From positions 1 to 18,854 of the forward strand of contig JAYZEG010000035.1 in NCBI GenBank assembly GCA_036337435.1: a DNA stretch of 18,854 nt, written 5' to 3'. The notes below the pieces were generated by a model. That model saw only the letters and a list, made by a program, of their open reading frames with translations, did no database searches and was not told the DNA's origin. Positions 1-6,671 of this stretch are shown here, in pieces (the stretch's first letter is position 1; every line of letters starts with the position of its first letter). The position numbers and the translations under genes are program-made. Source of the DNA: Myxococcota bacterium (GTDB taxonomy: Bacteria > Myxococcota_A > Bradymonadia > UBA7976 > UBA1532).

Positions 1-88
1 GTGCTGGAGCCGAAGGCGGTGCCGGTGGTGCTGGAGCTGAGGGCGGTGCCGGTGGTGCTGGAGCCGAAGGCGGTGCCGGTGGTGCTGG
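1..88 (+). repeat. 27-bp coding tandem repeat, at least 3 copies, encoding AGAEGGAGG
   Basis: gtgctggagc(c/t)ga(a/g)ggcggtgccggtg at 1-27, 28-54 and 55-81, with a partial copy at 82-88. Differences between copies are synonymous. Confidence 0.9.
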
Positions 89-1052
89 TGGTGGGGGCTG
101 TGTTTGCCCTGACGTCTTCGCACCCGTCTGCGGTGTAGACGGACAAACCTATAGTAATGATTGTGAAGCCGAGTGTGCAGGCGTTGACGTTGAATCCCAG
201 GGTGAATGTCCGCCCCTTTGTCCAACTGCTGTCGAGTATTGTACGGCACTATGCAACGAAGAGCCTATCATGGCACCTGCTGATTGTGATCTGCCCGAGG
301 TTTGCGAATGCGGCGACGGCATGTGTGAGGAAGAAGAGTTTATGTGCGAAGCGTCACTCGTCTGTATTCCCGAACTTTGGCGTTGCGATGGCGATCCGGA
401 TTGCGTCGATGAGAGCGATGAGGCCGGTTGCGACCAGGTGGAGTGTGCGCCCGGTTTATTTGACTGTGGTAATGGACAATGCAGACCGGCACGCGACCGC
501 TGCGACGGTTTTGAAGATTGCGCCAATGGGCGCGATGAACTTGACTGTGGAGAACCGATGTGTCCGGACGGTGCCGCCTACTGTAATGCGGTCTGTGCCA
601 TGGAGCCTGTCGATCCCTTGCCTCAGGGGTGTCCGCAACCTGATTGCGATTGTGACGTAGATTGCCAGGATGATTCGGATCCGAGGGTCAGTTATGAATC
701 ATTCGATCCGCGCGAATGCTTGGTCATGGAATTTGATTGCGACGATGGGGCTGCGCGTTTTGACGACGACTGTGGGTGTGGCTGTCTAGCCGATGAGTTT
801 ATCTGCGAGGCAAATGACTTCATCTGTGGTGACGGTGAATGTATCCCCGGGGATTGGCGCTGCGATTACGTGGTCGACTGTCAAGATGGTACCGATGAAA
901 ATCCCGCCGCTGGGTGCCCGGTCGAAGAATGCCTACCAGACGAATATGACGACCCGATCAATTGCGAAAGCGGCGAGTGTATCGAGCGAGAATGGCTCTG
1001 CGACGGAGAGGATGACTGCATTTCAGGTGAAGACGAACTCAACTGCGACTAG
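1..1052 (+). CDS. 5'-truncated Cys-rich, probably extracellular protein: Gly/Ala linker, Kazal domain, four LDL-receptor class A repeats and other Cys modules
   Basis: The frame of ORF 270..1052 stays open back to base 3. It reads AGAEGGAGG...GGGG-CVCPDVFAPVCGVDGQTYSNDCEAECAGVDVESQGEC (Kazal, 99..209). LDLa repeats with C-x-F-x-C...C(I)...W-x-CDG-x-x-DC-x-D-x-(S/T)DE-type signatures lie at 324..431, 444..548, 804..917 and 930..1046. Stop TAG at 1050..1052; the true start is upstream of the window. Confidence 0.9.
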   Translation, partial: AGAEGGAGGAGAEGGAGGAGAEGGAGGAGGGGCVCPDVFAPVCGVDGQTYSNDCEAECAGVDVESQGECPPLCPTAVEYCTALCNEEPIMAPADCDLPEVCECGDGMCEEEEFMCEASLVCIPELWRCDGDPDCVDESDEAGCDQVECAPGLFDCGNGQCRPARDRCDGFEDCANGRDELDCGEPMCPDGAAYCNAVCAMEPVDPLPQGCPQPDCDCDVDCQDDSDPRVSYESFDPRECLVMEFDCDDGAARFDDDCGCGCLADEFICEANDFICGDGECIPGDWRCDYVVDCQDGTDENPAAGCPVEECLPDEYDDPINCESGECIEREWLCDGEDDCISGEDELNCD

Positions 1053-1068
1053 TTTGCGTCTCAATTAA

Positions 1069-1105
1069 ATTCGGTCCTGTGGGCGGAGAACCGACTGGGC
1101 CGAAT
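1069..1105. terminator. possible bidirectional hairpin between convergent genes
   Basis: attcggtcc (1069-1077) can pair with gggccgaat (1097-1105) with one G-U pair. It sits in the 55-bp gap between convergent stops and has no strong U-tract. Confidence 0.3.
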
Positions 1106-1107
1106 GA

Positions 1108-1848
1108 CTACAAGCGTTTGAGCGACGACCGCAGTCCCCTGAACACAACGGCCACCGACAACAAACCACAAAAGGCACCCCAAAACCAATAGGGCAGAAA
1201 CAAAGCGTCAGCCATTTTCTGCACATCGGAGGGATGAGCGCCATCGGCGGTATGCGCTGTCGCTGTGAAAAGATAGTCGGCTCGCGAAAAAACGGCGAGG
1301 GCCAATTGACACGCCAGAAATAAGAGAAATGCGTGAGCGAGCCAAGGCCGCTGGCGACCAGCTCTCGCAATGGTCAGGCACAAGGCAGCTGTGGCGGTTA
1401 CAAAGAGAACGCCAAATGCATTTCTGACCACAAAGACAAGTGCCAAAAGCAACATACCTGAAAACCCGTAGAGGGCCAGTCGCGCTTTTTTCTCATCTCG
1501 GCCGAGTCGAAAGAAAAGTGCGGCGACTAATGCGGGTCCGAGCAGGCCACCAGCCGCCACAAAAGCGGACGCAAAACGGCCCTTTCGGCCTTCAGTTGCG
1601 GCGAAACCCGACCCATCTGAGAACATTTGGAATTCGATAAATTCATAGCCACAGAGCATGGAAGCGACGCCATGGCCAAGCTCATGGACTAAGGTTGACA
1701 AAAGAACGAGGGGATAGGCGATGATGCGTCCGTAAGGTACGTAATAGAGGAGGAGTGTAAATAAGACGCTCCCGCCTAAAAACGCCGCCGTCTTTTTAGC
1801 CTGTTTTTTCTCGTTAACCACACCCGCTGGCGATAAAAACCTATCCAT
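1108..1848 (-). CDS. M50B-family membrane metallopeptidase
   Basis: HELGH zinc motif in STLVHELGHG, several hydrophobic TM segments, an AGGLLGP motif and a C-terminal SD motif. The ATG at 1848 overlaps the end of the ALDH gene; GTG at 1857 is an alternative start. Confidence 0.85.
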   Translation of the reverse strand: MDRFLSPAGVVNEKKQAKKTAAFLGGSVLFTLLLYYVPYGRIIAYPLVLLSTLVHELGHGVASMLCGYEFIEFQMFSDGSGFAATEGRKGRFASAFVAAGGLLGPALVAALFFRLGRDEKKARLALYGFSGMLLLALVFVVRNAFGVLFVTATAALCLTIARAGRQRPWLAHAFLLFLACQLALAVFSRADYLFTATAHTADGAHPSDVQKMADALFLPYWFWGAFCGLLSVAVVFRGLRSSLKRL

Positions 1849-3220
1849 TATCGGCACGCTTACTCAACACTCGAAGCTGAGCAAATTGACGATGGCCTGC
1901 AATGGATTTGTGAAAGCCATATCCGCTTTGCTTGGCACCCACCCAGGGCGTCCCACTGGCACCACCCACACTTCGATTGATGCCTATCATACCTGCGTCA
2001 AGACGACGCCCGATACGTTCAGCTGACTTTGTGTCCGTGCCATACACGATGGCACCTAATCCGAGTTCTGAATCGTTTGCGAGCCTGACAGCTTCGTCTA
2101 CATCCCGAACCCGAATCACCACCGCCGCAGGCCCAAATGTCTCGTCTCTGGCAATCTCCATCTCGTGGGTGACATGGTCAAGAACAATGGGCGACAAAAA
2201 CGAACCCACTTGGGTCGTGTCGCCGCCTGTGAGCAGCGACGCGCCCTTGGCTAAAGCATCGTTGACCTGCGCGACAACATGGTCTCGCTGGGTCCGATTA
2301 ATCATTGGACCCACCTGAGTCCGCTCATCCATACCCGGACCAACACGAAGCTGATTGGCCTGGTCCACGAGGGCATCTACAAAGTCATCCGCAAGCTTGT
2401 CTGAAACGTAGATCCGTTCCGTGCTGACACAGACCTGGCCGGCATTGCGAAAACTGTTTCGCGCGGCAAACCGGGCCGCAGCACTGACGTTGGCATCGTC
2501 CATAATGATCAGTGGATCTTTCCCACCCAATTCTAAGATAACTCGTTTGAGATCATGGGAGGCCTGACTCAGAATGGATTGCCCGACAGCTTTCGACCCA
2601 GTGAAGGCGATTAAGTCCACGTCGCTTTCAACCAGTGCTCTGCCCTGTTCATCCGCCCCATGAACCACCTGCAGCAGCCCATCCGGCAACACTGTATTGA
2701 GTGCATCGGCGTAAGCCTGGCCAACTAAGGGGGTCTCCTCTGATGGCTTTAGGATGACCGCATTTCCCGCCATAAGAGCCGGACAGACTAACCAATGGGG
2801 CATTGCGAACGGAAAATTCCAGGGCGTTATCACCGCGCACACACCATACGGGTCGAAGAAAATTTTTGATTGTGTGTGTTTGTCGACATGGTTCTCTGGC
2901 CTGAGCGCATCGACTAATTCATCTAATTCGCCAACAAATGTCTGGCCACAATGCCTGACCTCGCCCATGGCTTCTGGCAAGGGCTTGCCCATTTCTCGAC
3001 TGAGCAAAATGCCGGTCTCACGCGCCATCGCTGCGATGCGTTGACCGACGGGTACTAAAATATCTCGTCGTTCGGATAAGGAAAGTCGCGACCAAGTGCT
3101 CTGGGCCGCGCGCGCTCGTTTGACAAGGTCAGGAATCATATCTGTCGGTGTGATGATAACCTCGCCTACGATCGTATCATCGGCTGGATTGAGCGACTTG
3201 AGTGTGGGTGGATTAGACAT
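1841..3220 (-). CDS. NAD(P)-dependent aldehyde dehydrogenase (succinate-semialdehyde dehydrogenase-like; substrate uncertain)
   Basis: Motifs ITPWNFP, LKPSEETP, AFTGS, LELGGKD (catalytic Glu), NAGQVC (catalytic Cys) and ETFGP. Start set at ATG 3220 (MSNPPTLKSLNPA), because the longer ORF would overlap the divergent porin gene. Confidence 0.92.
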   Translation of the reverse strand: MSNPPTLKSLNPADDTIVGEVIITPTDMIPDLVKRARAAQSTWSRLSLSERRDILVPVGQRIAAMARETGILLSREMGKPLPEAMGEVRHCGQTFVGELDELVDALRPENHVDKHTQSKIFFDPYGVCAVITPWNFPFAMPHWLVCPALMAGNAVILKPSEETPLVGQAYADALNTVLPDGLLQVVHGADEQGRALVESDVDLIAFTGSKAVGQSILSQASHDLKRVILELGGKDPLIIMDDANVSAAARFAARNSFRNAGQVCVSTERIYVSDKLADDFVDALVDQANQLRVGPGMDERTQVGPMINRTQRDHVVAQVNDALAKGASLLTGGDTTQVGSFLSPIVLDHVTHEMEIARDETFGPAAVVIRVRDVDEAVRLANDSELGLGAIVYGTDTKSAERIGRRLDAGMIGINRSVGGASGTPWVGAKQSGYGFHKSIAGHRQFAQLRVLSKRADNG

Positions 3221-3342
3221 TTGGATTAACGGCTCAAATTTTCGTTCAATCTGCCATGGATCCGGGCCACTCGCAAACGCGAGATTCGAAAAATAAATTT
3301 GGCCGATGACTTTTTCGTCAGTTATCTGTAAATACGGGGCCC

Positions 3343-4701
3343 ATGAAGTACCCAACACATTATTTTTTGGGCCTTCTGCTATTTTTTGGTGCGTTGCCTG
3401 CACACGCGTATGAATCCGAATTCACATTCGGATCGTATGGACGTGTGGGTCTTTCAACCGATGAAGGTCTTGCCAGACCCGAACGGCGCCAGATTACGAG
3501 CGTTGGCCCCCGCCTGATTCAAAACAACTATCTTGAGCTCGATCTTGGCATGGGATGGCGTCCCAACAAGATTGGCGATGTGGCGGTAAAAACAACCGTC
3601 GCCTACCTTGACAGGCTTCCCCATGAGACCGCCGACTTCGATTCCAGAATTGCCGTACGACAGGCGTTTCTATCGGTCGAGGGCATCGCTGGAACTGGGT
3701 TCTTCACCTGGCTGGGAAGCCGCATGGCGCGAGGTGATGACATCTATCTCTTGGACACCTGGGTCATGGATGACTTAAACATTGTGGGTCTGGGAACCGG
3801 CTGGCGTAACCCATCGATGGATGCAAGTCTGATCTTGGGACTGAATCAACCGATGCGTCGAGATGTGGTCCAGCGCATCGCAACCCCAAATGTGGGCTTT
3901 GGTGAGGCCATCACCACCGACTTGAATCGCCAACGAGCCATTGTGGCACCCATGGTGGAAAAACGGTACGGCGGGACCAAGGGCGCGCTTGGCATGAAGG
4001 TGCGTCTGTATAGCGAGATCCATTACCTGCCGGCGGGTGAGCGACGGCTTGAGACAGTCGGCGATACAGAACCGCTTCCTGACGATCGCGGGTTTCTCTT
4101 AGGAGCTCAATTTGGGATCTGGAATTTCGCTCGCAACGGGCACCTGAATGTTTGGGCCCGGTACGCGAGCGGGCTGGCGGCCTATGACGAATTACAACAA
4201 CCGTATGGTCTGAACCGAGATCGGCGAGCAGACGATGCCCGTGAGTTCCGCCTTGCCTTCTCCGGCAATTATGAGACCGATCGTTTTGGACTGATGTTCG
4301 GCTCATATTTTAGGGTCTTTAGAGACGCTGATGCCAACGAAGAGGATTTCGATGATCGTCAGGAATGGGTCACCGCTGTGCGCGCCCTATACTTTCGCGG
4401 CGTTTTCACTCCAGGCATAGAGGCATCGAGCCAAATGTTGAGAACAAACGGTCTCAACCCTCAAACCGATGAGCAAAGCACTGCTTTCATTCATCAGGTC
4501 GCTCTCATCCCTGCATTGTCGTTCGGCCCATCTCAAGGCAGTTATAATCGTCCGCAGCTCCAATTTATCGCTGCAATGACGTCAATGAATCAAGCTGCAC
4601 TCGACTTATTTCCCGTCGATGACCAGCGTTCCAAAGACAGCTTATCTTGGTATTTCGGACTCCGCGCCGAATGGTGGTTTGGCAGAGGTGGAGGATACTG
4701 A
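3343..4701 (+). CDS. LamB/maltoporin-like carbohydrate porin
   Basis: Signal peptide ending AHA; N-terminal FGSYGRVG and NYLELDL; TWLGSRM-RGDDIYLLD-W resembles the LamB W-x-G-x-R...D-x-H/Y-x-x-D segment; amphipathic beta strands; C-terminal FGLRAEWWF. It precedes two GH13 genes. Confidence 0.8.
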   Translation: MKYPTHYFLGLLLFFGALPAHAYESEFTFGSYGRVGLSTDEGLARPERRQITSVGPRLIQNNYLELDLGMGWRPNKIGDVAVKTTVAYLDRLPHETADFDSRIAVRQAFLSVEGIAGTGFFTWLGSRMARGDDIYLLDTWVMDDLNIVGLGTGWRNPSMDASLILGLNQPMRRDVVQRIATPNVGFGEAITTDLNRQRAIVAPMVEKRYGGTKGALGMKVRLYSEIHYLPAGERRLETVGDTEPLPDDRGFLLGAQFGIWNFARNGHLNVWARYASGLAAYDELQQPYGLNRDRRADDAREFRLAFSGNYETDRFGLMFGSYFRVFRDADANEEDFDDRQEWVTAVRALYFRGVFTPGIEASSQMLRTNGLNPQTDEQSTAFIHQVALIPALSFGPSQGSYNRPQLQFIAAMTSMNQAALDLFPVDDQRSKDSLSWYFGLRAEWWFGRGGGY

Positions 4702-6671
4702 TGCGAGTTCTAATAACCCTACTTACGATCGCAGCCAGTCTCTCGAGTTGCGTCAATGTCGACCTCAAGATGGAACACCGGTCGCTGGTCGCGGATTGGC
4801 GCGATGAAATCATCTACCAAGTTGTCGTTGATCGCTTCGACGACGGCGACCCGAGTAATAATTTTAACGTAGATTATCGAAAAGAAGCGGCCTATCACGG
4901 TGGGGATTGGCAGGGTGTCATCGATCGACTGGACTATATTGAATCCTTGGGTGTCACTGCTCTTTGGATCAGCCCAATTGTAAAAAACGTCGAAAACGAT
5001 GCCGGATTTGCAAGCTATCATGGCTATTGGACCCAGGACTTCACCCGCGTCAATCCGCATTTTGGCGACCTTGCTAAACTTCAGCAACTGGTCAAAGCCT
5101 GCCATTCACGCGGGATAAAAGTGATCCTGGATATTGTGACCAATCACGTAGGTCAATTGTTCTATTATGACATCAATCGCAACGGCCAGCCGGACACAGT
5201 GTTCTACGGCGGCGGCGGCTCCCCTCCGGGCAGCCGAACGACGGCATCCGGCAACCCGGACTCACAACTGACTCGCGTCAGCGAGTGGGATCCGGAGTTT
5301 GACTATCGCGGTGTCCAAGGATTCACGTCCCTGGGCGAAAATGGACCATCACCGATTGTTTGGGTCAATGATCCCAGCAATCATCGTACACCGCCACGGC
5401 CGGCGGAATTCCACAATGACAGCTGGTACAATCAAAATGGTCGGGTGACGGTCTGGGAAGATGAGTGCCGTTGTTTTCGCGGGTGTGATGGTACATGCAG
5501 TGGCCTTTACGAACCCTGGAAAGACGAATGCAACCTCAGTTGCTGGAACCAACTCCGCGAACAAGAAATGCTGGGCGATTTCCCTGGTGGACTCAAAGAC
5601 CTGGACACCAAGCGAGATGATGTTCGGCAAGCCCTGATCAGTGTCTTTCAATATTGGATTGAAGTCGGCGGTTTCGATGGATTCAGAATCGACACATTGA
5701 AGCACGTTGAACCTGAGTTTTTTGACGTATTTGCACCGGCGATGCGCGCCCATGCCGCAGCCCTCGGCAAGACCAACTTCTTCATGTTCGGCGAAGCATT
5801 CGATGGCAAAGATTTTTTGCTCGGCAGTTATACCCACGGCCAGGGCGTTGATTCAGTTTTTTACTTCTCAGCAAAATATCGAATTTTTGACGGTGTATTT
5901 GGCCGCCGCGGTGCTCCATCAGAAATCAAACGTCTCTACGATGAACGCTTGGAACTCACACCGGTCGGTGATGTCGTCCGCTCACAACCTTGCACTGATG
6001 GGGATCCAGGCTGTCGTACTCGCTACAGCAACCAACCAAAAGTGAACGGTCTCATCGACGAAGATGGCAATGGCGTCGGACCCGACAAAACATTGGTTCA
6101 CTTTGTGGACAATCACGATGTGCCCCGCTTCTTGTCGCAGTTCCCCGACCGAAATGCCCTGCGCAATGCTCTCGCCTTCCTGCTCACAACCGATGGTGTT
6201 CCCTGCATCTACTACGGAACCGAACAGGATTTCGAAGGCGGCCCAGACCCCTCAAATCGGGAGGACATGTGGCAATCCGGATTTCGCCAAGATGGGCAAA
6301 CATTTCGCTACACCAAAAAGCTCATCGCTCTGCGTAAGCGTTTGGCCCCGTTGCGACGAGGAGACATGACCTTCGTGTTTGCGAGTCCAGAAGCATCGAC
6401 GGGTCTCGATGGCACTCCAACAGCTGGTCTCTTGATGTTCGAGCGGCGATACAAAGAGGAGACAGTCCTGGTGGTCATCAACAATCACGATTCAAAAACC
6501 GCGCGTACCCTGGGCGAGCAAGGCAGCATAAAAACTAATCTAGCGGGCAATTTGAGCCTGGTGGATTTAATGGACGACAGCGGAGAATATCAGGTTGTCA
6601 CCGATGCAGATGGTGGTGTTGACATCAGTATACCGCCGAATTCAATGCGGGTTTTCACGACAGCGCGATGA
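4701..6671 (+). CDS. GH13 alpha-amylase-family lipoprotein
   Basis: ATG 4701 overlaps the porin TGA (TGATG) and follows GGAGGA. Lipobox SLSS-C. GH13 motifs IYQVVVDRF, GGDWQG, YHGYW, DIVTNH, GFRIDTLKH (nucleophile Asp), GEAF (acid/base Glu), FVDNHD and PCIYYGTE. Confidence 0.93.
   Translation: MRVLITLLTIAASLSSCVNVDLKMEHRSLVADWRDEIIYQVVVDRFDDGDPSNNFNVDYRKEAAYHGGDWQGVIDRLDYIESLGVTALWISPIVKNVENDAGFASYHGYWTQDFTRVNPHFGDLAKLQQLVKACHSRGIKVILDIVTNHVGQLFYYDINRNGQPDTVFYGGGGSPPGSRTTASGNPDSQLTRVSEWDPEFDYRGVQGFTSLGENGPSPIVWVNDPSNHRTPPRPAEFHNDSWYNQNGRVTVWEDECRCFRGCDGTCSGLYEPWKDECNLSCWNQLREQEMLGDFPGGLKDLDTKRDDVRQALISVFQYWIEVGGFDGFRIDTLKHVEPEFFDVFAPAMRAHAAALGKTNFFMFGEAFDGKDFLLGSYTHGQGVDSVFYFSAKYRIFDGVFGRRGAPSEIKRLYDERLELTPVGDVVRSQPCTDGDPGCRTRYSNQPKVNGLIDEDGNGVGPDKTLVHFVDNHDVPRFLSQFPDRNALRNALAFLLTTDGVPCIYYGTEQDFEGGPDPSNREDMWQSGFRQDGQTFRYTKKLIALRKRLAPLRRGDMTFVFASPEASTGLDGTPTAGLLMFERRYKEETVLVVINNHDSKTARTLGEQGSIKTNLAGNLSLVDLMDDSGEYQVVTDADGGVDISIPPNSMRVFTTAR

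Noticed and set aside
1..88. 27-bp repeats as a CRISPR array
   Set aside because: The copies are contiguous with no spacers, in frame, and differ only at synonymous positions. This is a coding Gly/Ala linker.
1..1052. Eukaryotic contamination explaining the LDLa repeats
   Set aside because: No introns, composition looks like the neighbouring genes, and spacing to a bacterial gene is tight. Read-level confirmation is still advisable.
149..1068. ORFs 157..660, 149..526, 456..638 and 793..1068
   Set aside because: Alternative-frame or antisense shadows of the Kazal/LDLa gene, with no recognisable motifs.
1841..3220. ALDH as cargo of the microcompartment
   Set aside because: It is more than 11 kb from the shell gene, looks like a non-acylating ALDH, and has no evident terminal encapsulation-peptide extension. 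The link is unsupported from this window.
3260..3325. c-di-GMP-type riboswitch suggested by a GCAAA-containing hairpin
   Set aside because: The remaining GEMM consensus and second stem are not present.
3221..3403. N-terminal extension of ALDH in the ORF track
   Set aside because: It would overlap the divergent porin start and promoter; ALDH-like sequence begins at MSNPPTLKSLNPA.
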